A stretch of DNA of 64,000 bases, taken from contig NW_027266319.1 of the NCBI RefSeq assembly GCF_022045235.1, positions 16,926,001 through 16,990,000 of the forward strand. The letters are read 5' to 3'. Below, one piece after another: positions 53,501 through 63,555 of the stretch (the first letter of the stretch is position 1; each line of letters starts with the position of its first letter). A model generated the notes under the pieces. That model had not been told where the DNA came from. It saw nothing but the letters and a program-made list of their open reading frames with translations, and did no database searches. The position numbers and the translations under genes are program-made. Source of the stretch: Haliotis cracherodii (Eukaryota).

Positions 53501-56500
53501 GGGGAGAACTCTCCTGGAGGTGAGGGTAGAGGATAAGATAGATGGGCGGGGAGAACTCTCCTGGAGGTGAGGGTAGAGGATAAGATAGATGGGCGGGGAG
53601 AACTCTCCTGGAGGTGAGGGTAGAGGATAAGATAGATGGGCGGGGAGAACTCTCCTGGAGGTGAGGGTAGAGGATATGCTGGTCAGGACGATCTCTCCTG
53701 GAGGTGAGGGTAGAGGATAGGCTGGTCAGGACGATCTCTTCTGGAGGTGAGGGTAGAGGATAGGCTGGGTGGTCAGGACAATCTCTCGGGGAGGTGAAGA
53801 TAGAGGATAGGCTGGGTGGGCAGGACGATCTCTCCGGGAGGTGAGGATAGAGGATAGGCTGGGTGGACAGGACGATCTCTCCGGGAGGTGAGGATAGAAG
53901 ATAGGCTGGTCAGGACGATCTCTCCTGTGAGGATAGAGGATAAGCTGAATAGGCAGGATGACCGTTCCTGGAGGTGAGGGTAGATGATAGGATAGTTGGA
54001 CAAACGATATCTTCACGAGATGAGGGCACTGATAGGATGGAGAGGAAAGTCTTTCCCTGTGGTAAGATGAGCAAGAAGGTCCCCACTGCAGTTGAGTGGA
54101 TAGGGTAGATGAAGGTAAGGTGATGGGTAGGATGAACATTATTTTGTTCCTTGCAGGCAGCGCGCTTGGTCGGATCTTCAAAACCCCCCACGTGCGGAAG
54201 GCGTTGTTTATCGGCGGCGGACTGCAGCTTTTCCAGCAGCTGTGTGGCATCAACACTGTCATGTGAGTTGAACAAAAGCGCTGTATTAGGACGTTTGTTT
54301 ATTGTTTAACGCCACATTCAGCAATATTCCAGCTATATGACGGCGATCTGTAAATAATCGAGTCTGGACCAGACAATCCAGTGACTGACATCATGAGCAT
54401 CGATCAACGTAATAGGCACCTTCTACGACAAGCATGGGTTGCTGAAGATCTATCCTACCCCGGATCTTCAGTGGTCGTATTAGGTACGTAAATAAGTTCA
54501 CCAAGAGCATGCTCATGATTCACGTTCTTGCACGCGTACCATGCGGAAGGAAATAATTGCTGTGCCCCGTCGTGATCTGTCTGCAGTATGCAACCTCCAT
54601 TTACGAAAAGGAAAGAGAAACATTATGACACATATATACCCTCTTCCATATCTTCCATTTTTTCTGCCTCGGGGAATATATCCATGACAATCGAACAACA
54701 TAGAGTAATATCCGAGTTATGTTTGGCATTTAACATGGTTTCTAATACGTCGAGTTAAATGAGTGAGTGAGTGAGTGAGTTGGGTTTAACGCCGCTTTTA
54801 ACAGTATTCCAGTTATATCACGGCGTGTCAGCTTAATGTGGGAGGAAAGCCCGAAGTGATGCAGGTCTTAGACGTTTACCACTTCGGTGAAACCCACGAG
54901 CACGGGTATGATGCTGACAAACCTAGAAACATAATCGGGGTGAACCGGGATTAGAACCCACAACCATAGGTTTCTGGCGTGCCCAAGGGACGCAACTCTG
55001 CACAGCGAATCGCGGCGCCTCAGTCGACTGGGTCACCCGTGCCCCCTCGAGTTAAATGAACACACATAGACTCTGACGATGAATGGGTTGACCATATGGG
55101 TTGTGATGGTCTTGCAGCTACTACAGCGGTTCTATTATCAAGATGGCAGGGTTCCCGTCCAAGTTCGCCATCTGGCTGGTCATGGTGCCGAACACAGTCA
55201 ACTTTTTGGCCACCTTCATCGGTATTTGGCTGGTGGAGAAACTCGGGAGGAAGATCCTGACAGTGGCCAGCTTTGCAGGTGAAACATACACAGGGTTCTG
55301 TTTTGTCTCTGAAACATAAAGCAACTTTCCAAACAATACGAAAGAACAATACGTCCAAATCAGTCCTAAAATTACCCAACGTCGATATGATGAAAAGTTC
55401 GATGATCCCACACGATAAATGTATTATACACCTGCTTAATTATCACACTTAATAACACACACACGCACGCAGGCACACACCACACCCATACACCCACACC
55501 ACGCAGACACACCCATACTCACCCCACACCCACACATGCACCCCAACACCACCTGCACGCATACACCAATACTACGCACGCACACACGCACACATCACAC
55601 AGACATACACCTATCCCCCACCCCCACCCACGTATATACACACATACAACAAAAAACAAAAAAACAAAAAAAGACAACAAACAACACACACAATCACACA
55701 CGTGCGCACTCACGAACGCACACACACACGCGCGCGCATTCATATATATACATATAAACAGTTACAAAAGTGATGAAATAAGAACAGAAAATAGAACGAT
55801 ATTACAGGGAGACCCTCTAAGTTCAGACAATAATCTGAAACTTACTACCCGCTCCTGTCTGTTAAGGACATGCAATACTCTTGAAAGCAGTGTCAAACTT
55901 ACACCCACACTGTGAAAGGTATATAGCCCGTACATATAATTTATCTGAGGTGTGTTGCCGCTTCAGCTGTGGTGATCGCCCTGATCGTGCTGGCTGTAGG
56001 CTTCCAGTTGTCGGCGGTCTACACCCCTACTATCAGCAAGAACACAACAGAGTTGACGGACAATGGAACAGTGATACAGGACAAGTGCGCGACTTACAGG
56101 TGCTGTCTTCATCTACTACATCCCTTCTTAATCGCACAGGGCCCACTTGCACAAAGCGATCTTAGCGCTAAGATGATCGTAACTCCTATACTTTAACATA
56201 GGCTTACGACAGTCTTAGTCGCTTTGTGCAAGTGGGCCCTGGTCATCATCTCTGTTAAACGCGGCGTCATGGAAGGGCACGGTATTTTCATTTAAAAATA
56301 TGTTGAATGGAATGCCTAGGTTAAGGTTAATTTGAAATTCATTTTTTGTTACTAAATAAATGCTTGGTTAGTATGGCCGCCAGTCCCTGTGATGCCTGTA
56401 TTATATCCCATCTGTTCTCTATTCCACAGTCTCTGCGAGGGTTGTATCAACAACAAGAAGTGTGGTTATTGTTTTCACGAAAACTCAGCAGACTCAGGTG

Positions 56501-59500
56501 GCAGCTGCCTTGCCCCATCTCAAATAGAGAAACAGAAGGAAATTAACTCCGAGTATGGTCGGTGTAACGACACCGACAACAGCGACTTCACCTACGCCGT
56601 CGGCTACTGCCCCACAGATTACGCCTGGATGGCAATCCTCGGGCTGACTCTCTTTTTACTTGGATTTGCACCAGGTTAGCGCGTTTTGTCACAGCGATAT
56701 ATGACGGCGTTGTGACAGAGTTCTGTCAGGGGTTTATGTCACGGCTTTGTGCTAGTATTGTTTAATCGGGATGTTGTGTCAGCACGTTACGTCAATGTCT
56801 TATGTCAGGGCGTTCTGTCCAAACGTTGTGAAAGGGCATTGTGTTTTGGGGTTGAGCAAGGCGTTGTGTCAGCACGCTGCTTCAGGGTGTGTAGTATGAG
56901 CGTGTTGTGTGAGAAGTTGTGTCAGGGTTTTGTGTCAATGCGTTGTATCAGGGCATGGTGACCGTGGGTTGAGTCTGGGCGTCGGATCGGAGCATTGTGT
57001 AAAGGTCCTGTGTCAGGGTGTTGTATCGGCACATCGTACCAAGGTCTTGAGTCAGGGTGTTGTATCGGGGCATGGTGACCGTGCGTTGAGTCTGGGCGTT
57101 GTATCGGAGCATTGTATCAAGGTCTTGTGTCAGGGTGTTGTATCGGGGCATTGTATCAAGGTCTTGTGTCAGAGTGTTGTATCGGAGCATTGTGTCAAGG
57201 TCTTGTGTCGGGGTGTTGTATCGGGGCTAGTATCAAGGTCTTGTGTCAGAGTGTTGTATTGGAGCATTGTGTCAAGGTCTTGTGTCAGAGTGTTGTATCG
57301 GGGCATTGTATCAAGGTCTTGTGTCATGGTGTTGTATCGGGGCATTGTATCAAGGTCTTGTGTCAGGGTGTTGTATCGGGGCATTGTACCAAGGTCTTGT
57401 GTCAGGGTGTTGTATCGGGGAATGTATCAAGGTCTTTTGTCAGGGTGTTGTATCGGAGTATTGTGTCAAGGTCTTGTGTCAGGGTGTTGTATCGGAGTAT
57501 TGTGTCAAGGTCTTGTGTCAGGGTGTTGTATCGGAGTATTGTGTCAAGGTCTTGTGTCAGGGTGTTGTATCGGAGTATTGTGTCAAGGTCTTGTGTCAGG
57601 GTGTTGTATCGGAGTATTGTGTCAAGGTCTTGTGTCAGGGTGTTGTATCGGGGCATTGTATCAAGGTCTTGTGTCAGGGTGATGTATCCGGGCATTGTAC
57701 CAAGGTCTTGTGTCAGGGTTTTGTATCGGGGCAAGTATCAAGGTCTTGTGTCAGGGTGTTGTATCGGGGCATTGTACCAAGGTCTTGTGTCAGAGTGTTG
57801 TATCGGGGCATTGTACCAAGGTCTTGTGTCAGGGTGTTGTATCGGGGCATTGTACCAAGGTCTTGTGTCAGAGTGTTGTATCGGGGCATTGTGTCAAGGT
57901 CTTGTGTCAGGGTGTTGTATCGGAGTATTGTGTCAAGGTCTTGTGTCAGGGTGATGTATGGGGGCATTGTACCAAGGTCTTGTGTCAGGGTGTTGTATCG
58001 GAGCATTGTGTAAAGGTCTTGTGTCAGGGTGATGTATCCGGGCATTGTACCAAGGTCTTGTGTCAGGGTGTTGTATCGGGGCATTGTGTCAAGGTCTTGT
58101 TTCAGGGTGTTGTATCGGGGCATTGTATCAAGGTCTTGTGTCAGGATGATGTATGGGGGCATTGTATCAAGATCTTGTGTCAGGGTGTTGTATCGGGGCA
58201 AGCTTTTCATTTTTCAGGGCAGTTGTGTCATGACATTGTGTCGGGTTTGTGTGGAAGGGTGCTAGGTGTTGTGGCTGAGCGTTGTGCCAGACCTTGATGC
58301 CACGGTTTTGTGTCAGTTTGTTTTTGACAGGGCGTTATGCCATGTCCTGGTGTAATGGTAGTGTGCTCGCACGTTGTTGCATGGCGTTGTATCAGGTTGT
58401 TGTGTCATTGCGTTGTGTTAAGGTGTTTTGTTATGACGTTGTGACATGACCTTTTTATTGGGGAGTTGTTATGGGTCGTTTTGTCATGGCCTTGTGTAAG
58501 GGTGTTGTGTTAAGGTTTGTTGTGTCAGGGAATTCTGATTGATATAAACATTATTTCAGTACTCTCAACAATGACTCGAATAGTGTATCAAAATATGTCA
58601 ACTGTCATATTTTACTGACAATGGGATATGCGCGTAGCGTATATGTATTGAGTTTTAAAACTGTTATTTTCTAGGTTTAGGACCAATGCCTTGGACAATA
58701 AATTCAGAAATATTTCCCCTCTGGGCACGTGGAACCTGCATTGCCATGACGACAGCTGTAAACTGGGTCTGTAATCTCATAGTGTCCTTCACCTTCCTCA
58801 CACTCACGGAAACTATAACAAAATACGGTAAGCCCACACACCTTCCACGTTATAGCCATAGTGCATACCAGTGACCTCAATTGATTAGATATCGGCTGCA
58901 TTTTGAGTTTTGAAAATTCGATCACCTGTTCGCGTCATACCAAAAGACGTTAAAATATGGTACTTGTTGTTACCTGAGATACTTGCTACGGCATGGTATC
59001 TCAGGGGGCTAGCATTATAAAATTGGATTAACACACATCATAAGTGTATCTCCAGTGCAGTATTAAACAGCATGACATATCTCTCTGGCGTCAAAGCGTA
59101 TCTCTAGTACAGTATTGAACAGCATGGCATATCTCTATGTCAAGACGTATCTCTTGTGCAGTATTAAAGTTTATGACATATATCTATGGCGTAAGGCGTA
59201 TCACTAGTACAGTATTGAACAGCATGACATAACTCTATGACGTCAAGACGTATCTCTTGTGCAGTATTAAAGTTTATGACATATATCTATGACGTCAAGA
59301 CGTATCTCTTGTGCAGTATTAAAGTTTATGACATATATCTATGGCGTCAAGGCGTATCGCTAGTACAGTATTAAACATTATGACATTTATCTATGGCGTC
59401 AAGGCGTATCGCTAGTACAGTATTAAACATCATGACATATATCTATGGCGTCAAGGCGTTTCAATAGTACAGTATTCAACAGCATGGCATATATCTATGG

Positions 59501-60357
59501 CGTCAAGGCGTATCGCTAGTACAGTATTAAACATCATGACATATATCTATGGCGTCAAGGCGTATCACTAGTACAGTATTATACATCATGACACATATCT
59601 ATGGCGTCAAGGCGTATCACTAGTACAGTATTAAACAGCATGGCATATATCTATGGCGTCAAGGCGTATCGCTAGTACAGTATTAAACAGGATGGTATAT
59701 CTCTATGGCGTCAAGGAGTATGTCTAGTACAGTATTAAACAGGATGGTATATCTCTATGGCGTCAAGGAGTATGTCTAGTACAGTATTAAACAGGATGGT
59801 ATATCTCTATGGCGTCAAGGAGTATGTCTAGTACAGTATTAAACAGGATGGTATATCTCTATGGCGTCAAGGAGTATCTCTAGTACAGTATTAAACAGGA
59901 TGGTATATCTCTATGGCGTCAAGGAGTATGTCTAGTACAGTATTAAATAGGATGGTATATCTCTATGGCGTCAAGGAGTATGTCTAGTACAGTATTAAAC
60001 AGGATGGCATATCTCTATGACGTCAAGGCGTATCTCTAGTACAGTATTAAACAGCATTATCGCTACAGTTAGACACAGGAAAAGGAGTTCTTTTTTAGGG
60101 TAGTTACGACTATAATCGCTGGGTAGTCTGCACTGGTGCTCTGCATTAGTATGGGATATATTTCAGGCACGTTCTGGCTGTTTGGTGGCATCTGCTTCCT
60201 AGGGATGCTGTTCACGCTGGTGTTTGTGCCGGAAACGAAGGGGAAGACGCTTGAAGAGGTGGAAATGTTGTTCATGACGCCAGAAAAGAGAGAAGAACGC
60301 CGAGCTCAGAGTCAGCAGTCAGCAGAGAAATATGTATACTCAAACACCAAAATGTAG
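35833..60357 (+). CDS. SLC2A13: Proton myo-inositol cotransporter (HMIT/GLUT13-like, MFS sugar porter), 9 coding exons: join(35833-36262, 52414-52573, 53156-53364, 54157-54262, 55118-55278, 55967-56099, 56430-56674, 58675-58827, 60167-60357), 595 aa
   Basis: Sugar-porter motifs [11 protein letters not shown]-x-x-[24 protein letters not shown]-x-x-[26 protein letters not shown], plus the Cys-rich luminal loop (C..C....CGYC, YCPT) characteristic of HMIT. All 8 introns GT-AG with consistent phases; 1788 nt total; in-frame TAA 9 nt upstream of the ATG. Confidence 0.93.
36660..37150. repeat. 33-bp minisatellite in SLC2A13 intron 1
   Basis: CAAATGACGTATAATATGACAATACAACACAGA, about 14 copies. Confidence 0.94.
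37835..38784 (+). mobile_element. SINE family C interrupted by an about 670-bp insert (37931-38602)
   Basis: Head to GGGTTCGAT at 37930, resuming CCGGTTCG at 38603; outer TSD TAATATTGATTC at 37822-37833 and 38785-38796. Confidence 0.88.
40395..42692. repeat. 29-bp minisatellite with local higher-order repeat and a SINE insertion
   Basis: Unit CACTGAGATACCCACAGTAGTGTTATATG; variant GATACCAAAA recurs every 87 bp (40851, 40938, 41025, 41112). Confidence 0.94.
42361..42521 (+). mobile_element. SINE family A inserted in the 29-bp satellite
   Basis: TSD ATATGCACGG at 42351-42360 and 42522-42531. Confidence 0.94.
42978..43139 (-). mobile_element. SINE family A
   Basis: TSD GATTGGCTGATAAG at 42964-42977 and 43140-43153. 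Confidence 0.92.
45348..45522. mobile_element. Tc1/mariner-pogo-type MITE
   Basis: TIR CAGTAAAGTACGGTTATAACGAAC / GTTCGTTATAACCGTAGTTTATTG, TA on both flanks, internal TTCGTTATA repeats. Confidence 0.85.
45560..45727 (-). mobile_element. Retroposon family D, 3' part
   Basis: (TTTG)n TTAACGCCGCAC...CCCGATCCCGTTAGTC. Confidence 0.8.
45960..46436. repeat. 22-bp minisatellite, about 21 copies
   Basis: CAGTACATGATATAGTATCAGG. Confidence 0.94.
46592..46866 (+). mobile_element. SINE family C
   Basis: Full-length alignment to family C. Confidence 0.9.
48060..48895 (+). mobile_element. R4/Dong-like non-LTR retrotransposon relic (RT C-terminus and CCHC knuckle)
   Basis: [43 protein letters not shown]; QDQSL; [19 protein letters not shown]...KRHEGV...[11 protein letters not shown]; degraded. 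Confidence 0.8.
49170..50330 (-). mobile_element. L2/CR1-group LINE ORF2 relic
   Basis: [22 protein letters not shown]...[17 protein letters not shown]; [17 protein letters not shown]; [10 protein letters not shown]; [16 protein letters not shown]. Confidence 0.85.
50405..50710 (-). mobile_element. SINE family B (degenerate) containing an expanded (TG)n(CG)n microsatellite
   Basis: CTTGTACTAGTCC, ATAGTGCTAG and AGACAGGGTAACAA motifs; microsatellite 50469-50522. Confidence 0.78.
51562..52049. repeat. About 215-bp tandem duplication with internal 30-bp expansions
   Basis: GACATTCGTATAACTGAGGTCCATG at 51562 and 51777; GTGACCACCATATACTGACTACAGTCAGAT repeated in copy 2. Confidence 0.9.
52414..52573 (+). 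CDS. SLC2A13: SLC2A13-like coding exon 2
   Basis: ttttag|[25 protein letters not shown]...GW CG|gtacgt. Confidence 0.93.
52610..52812 (+). mobile_element. Retroposon family D (degenerate)
   Basis: CGTAAGAGGCGAC...GTGGTCAGGCTCG...CGTTAAACAACAAAC. Confidence 0.65.
53156..53364 (+). CDS. SLC2A13: SLC2A13-like coding exon 3
   Basis: cacag|[11 protein letters not shown]...PESPRWL...NSPG G|gtgaga. Confidence 0.92.
53351..54000 (+). repeat. 43-47-bp purine-rich minisatellite derived from the exon3/intron3 junction
   Basis: Unit GAACTCTCCTGGAG|GTGAGGGTAGAGGATAAGATAGATGGGCGGGGA, about 13 copies. Confidence 0.93.
54157..54262 (+). CDS. SLC2A13: SLC2A13-like coding exon 4
   Basis: ttgcag|[38 protein letters not shown]|gtgagt (not in ORF track). 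Confidence 0.92.
54292..54476 (-). mobile_element. Retroposon family D (internally deleted)
   Basis: GTATTAGG on both flanks; family motifs present. Confidence 0.82.
54763..55046 (-). mobile_element. SINE family C, about 70 nt upstream of the exon 5 acceptor
   Basis: TSD TCGAGTTAAATGA at 54750-54762 and 55047-55059. Confidence 0.93.
55118..55278 (+). CDS. SLC2A13: SLC2A13-like coding exon 5
   Basis: ttgcag|[13 protein letters not shown]...[27 protein letters not shown]|gtgaaa. Confidence 0.92.
55456..55752. repeat. CA-rich low-complexity/microsatellite tract
   Basis: Degenerate (CA)n/(CACG)n. Confidence 0.8.
55967..56099 (+). CDS. SLC2A13: SLC2A13-like coding exon 6
   Basis: cttcag|[17 protein letters not shown]...DKCATY AG|gtgctg (weak donor, but the phase fits exon 7). 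Confidence 0.85.
56137..56241. mobile_element. Harbinger-like palindromic MITE in SLC2A13 intron 6
   Basis: CAGGGCCCACTTGCACAAAGCGA ... TCGCTTTGTGCAAGTGGGCCCTG, perfect 23-bp inverted termini. Confidence 0.85.
56430..56674 (+). CDS. SLC2A13: SLC2A13-like coding exon 7
   Basis: ccacag|[15 protein letters not shown]...[24 protein letters not shown]|gttagc. Confidence 0.92.
56940..58202. repeat. 39-bp minisatellite in intron 7, about 31 copies, with degenerate flanks
   Basis: TCAAGGTCTTGTGTCAGGGTGTTGTATCGGGGCATTGTA. Confidence 0.95.
58675..58827 (+). CDS. SLC2A13: SLC2A13-like coding exon 8
   Basis: ttctag|[21 protein letters not shown]...ETITKY G|gtaagc. Confidence 0.93.
58931..59030 (+). 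mobile_element. SINE family B fragment
   Basis: CGCGTCATACCAAAAGACGTTAAAATATGGTACTTGTTGTTACC. Confidence 0.7.
59045..60056. repeat. 52-bp minisatellite in intron 8, about 19 copies
   Basis: CTATGGCGTCAAGGCGTATCGCTAGTACAGTATTAAACATCATGACATATAT. Confidence 0.94.
60167..60357 (+). CDS. SLC2A13: SLC2A13-like coding exon 9 (terminal)
   Basis: tttcag|[14 protein letters not shown]...[13 protein letters not shown]...NTKM*. Confidence 0.92.
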
Positions 60358-61675
60358 CAGATCTAGGTAGTAAGCACACGGGTAGACAGAGTGTATATAA
60401 ATCGAGGGTACAAAGGCGTACATAATGGGTACATATGCATCAAGAACTCGAAGACATGTGCTATGGGTATTGAGAGGGTAAGGATGTATGGCGGACATGG
60501 GTATTCGATCTATTTCGAGAGAGTTCTTTCGTATACGCTATGTGTGACGATCTGGCTTGAAAACTGGTTTGCGTTCATGATCATTATTGGCATTTAACAT
60601 AAAACGTAAATGTTCATCAATCACGGGTTTTTCTACCATGACAGTTTAGAATCCTGGATTTTTATTGGTGTGCCTGCGTTATTGAATCATGATTTTGCGG
60701 ATGACTTCATCACCGCACAAGAAAATATTTATTCATAAGCACATCTTTCGCAAATCAGCCCGTTCAAATATTGAAATTACTTCTTTAACGTTGCCAATTA
60801 ACATGTTGTGTTTCCACATTATCCACAGCAAGTGTGGCAATTTATTTCAGGTAGGAAACTTGACCATCAACTAATTAGAGAGTGTATTATAAAACTCATT
60901 AATCAACACGGCTTGGCGCTAGCAAACCATATACTGTGACGTCATGTCCATTGCGTCACAATGCTTAGACTTCCCACTTGTAAAATTGTATGACGTCACA
61001 ATAGGTGCTTTACTTCAGAACACATTTTAACGGCCACTTCATTTTCTCTAGGATGTTTGTATGAATAATGCTTACAGATTATCTGCCAACGTGATTTTAG
61101 TAAGTCTCATTGCAGTGGTTCAGGTATTTTAGTCAACATTATGGTTTGAGTACAAAAATGAAACATGTATGTGTATAAAAACCGACCACTCATCCCTGAT
61201 CCACATCATCTTTCAACCGACTGAATACATGAGGGTCTACCGATGCATCATCACCCATCATTTCATTAGAACCAAAGAGTTGGTTTTGTCATTGTGTCAT
61301 GGAACAATAGAGCAAAACAATTGCGTTTTCGATACCTGTAAATTTATCAAATACGAAATCTCAATGCCATCGCGTTTGGTTTCGAATGAAACCCCTATAT
61401 GGTAAACACACTACGTTTATCTCCTAATTAAATCACTCATAAGAGCAGATATACTTCATATCGCATTGACATGTGCCAGATATATGACGTAAGGCAGTGA
61501 GGTCACAGACTATATGACGTCACATAGGAAGGTATATGGTTTGTAGCAAGGAAGCTTGTCAATGAGTTACCCATGTGCTTGGAATCAGGAAGTCAATGCG
61601 AGCAGCTAATTAACAATGGTGCATGCCGTGTGTTATGCATCATACTTGTCTTTAGTTGCTCTCAATCTTAATGTA

Positions 61676-61681
61676 AATAAA
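61676..61681 (+). terminator. Candidate SLC2A13 polyadenylation signal
   Basis: AATAAA about 1.3 kb after the stop codon, with T-rich downstream sequence. Confidence 0.4.
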
Positions 61682-61848
61682 AGTAGGATATAACATGTAA
61701 ATATACGTTTTATTTTAGGTTTCTGAATATTTTAAACTATTTTCTGTTCACTTCTAAGTTTATGTGCTAATTTATTTGAATAGCTATTTCACGAATTCCA
61801 ATAAATGTTATGACGTTTGGTTTAACTGAACCTTTCTCCCAATTGTAT

Positions 61849-62146
61849 GAGCGAGTGAGTGAGTGTGTGAGTGAGTGAGGTGGGTTGAACGCCGATTTTA
61901 ACAATATTCCAGATATATCACGGCGTGTCAGCTTAATGTGGGAGGAAAGCCCGAAGTGATGCAGGTCACCGATGTTTACCACTTCGGTGAAACCAACGAG
62001 CACGGGTATGGTGCTGACAAACCTAGAAACATAATCGGGACGAACCGGATTTCGAACCCACAATCATAGGTTTCTGGCGTGCCCAAGGGACGCAACTCTG
62101 CGCAGCGAATCGCGGCGCCTTAGACGACTGGGCCACCCGTGCCCCC
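61849..62146 (-). mobile_element. SINE family C
   Basis: Full length with an imperfect TSD. Confidence 0.92.
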
Positions 62147-62523
62147 TCCAAATTTGAATGAAGGTTGATACTTTCATAGACGGATGCCAGACGGTTCATC
62201 GGTAAGCGCATTATCGCCATAGCTCTGTAGATCTGGCCAGTACGTGATGAAAATGTCCGGGGAGTTTTTTTTATTGAGACATAGGAAAATAGTCTTTCAT
62301 TTCTGCTTGATACATTAATAAAACCGGGGCGTCTACCATACTAGATCCATGATGTCATTTGGGTCAACTCGGTACATTACGTTATCTGTATACCACCTCG
62401 TGTAACATTTTTGAAGTGATGTTACATATCTTCACCTAAATGTAACCCTTGTACCTTAAGGTCTCTCCGTCATTCGTATAGTATGTCATCCATTTGAAAC
62501 CCGCTCATTATCATATTGTCACA

Positions 62524-62770
62524 GTGAGTGTGTGAGTTCTGTTTATCGCCGCTTTCGACAGTATTTCAGTTGTGTAACGGCTTGTCACCTTGATGTGGGA
62601 GGAAATCCCGAAGTGATGCTTACACGTTTAAGATTGTTTTCACTTTGACGAAACCCACGAGCACGGGTTAGCTGCTAGCAACCCTGGAAACATAATCAGG
62701 ACGAACCAGGATTCGAACACACGATCATTGGTCAATGGCGGCGTCTTCGACGACTGCCCCACCCGTGCTC
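62524..62770 (-). mobile_element. SINE family C (old, diverged)
   Basis: Degenerate alignment to family C. Confidence 0.75.
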
Positions 62771-62782
62771 CAAGAAAGTCAC

Positions 62783-63074
62783 GAGAGTGAGTGAGTGAGT
62801 GAGTGAGTTGGGTTTAACGCCGCTTTTAACAATATTCCAGTTATATCACGGCGTGTCAGCTTAATGTGGGAGGAAAGCCCGAAGTGATGAAGGTCTCAGA
62901 CGTTTACCAATTCGGTGAAACCCACGAGCACGTGTATGGTGCTGACAAACCTAGAAACATAATCGGGGCGAACCGGGATTTGAACCCACAATCATTGGTT
63001 TCTGGCGTGCCCAAGGGACGCAACTCTGCACAGCGAATCGCGGCGCCTTAGACGACTGGGCCACCCGTGCCCCC
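62783..63074 (-). mobile_element. SINE family C
   Basis: Near-consensus full-length copy. Confidence 0.92.
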
Positions 63075-63447
63075 AAATGGCTTATAGAATGAGCAGAGAA
63101 ATGAGCCACGATTATTTAAAAAAAGATCTGTGTTAAATTCAGGGAATGGGAAGAATTGAAACAAAATGACACTCAGAATATTATTCTATGTGTAGTGCTC
63201 ATAAACAAAACTGATTACCAATATGGATAGGATACTGTGCTGGCTGAGATGATTTATAGGACTGAGACGAGAAATGTGCCATAAATATTTTTAATTAATA
63301 TTTATTACAAGGTTAAATTTTGAAAATGGGAAAATAATGGTAACAGATAGTACACACTTGAAAATTGGATGTGACCGCAAAATTACAAAACGTTATCAAA
63401 ACGTTACCAGTCTGAAACACTGCAAACGTAAGGTCTAAAACAAACCT

Positions 63448-63555
63448 GGGCCCCGTTCCACAAAGCGATCTTAGCGCTACGATTGTCGTAAGTCAGTGTT
63501 AAAGAATGGGAGATACGATCGACTTAGCGCTAAGATCACTTTGTGGAACGGGGCC
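63448..63555. mobile_element. Harbinger-like palindromic MITE
   Basis: GGCCCCGTTCCACAAAGCGATCTTAGCGCTA ... TAGCGCTAAGATCACTTTGTGGAACGGGGCC; same family as 56137. Confidence 0.85.

Noticed and set aside
56909-58297. Cys/Val-rich keratin-associated-like ORFs
   Set aside because: 39-bp intronic minisatellite with frameshifting indels; no splice or start context.
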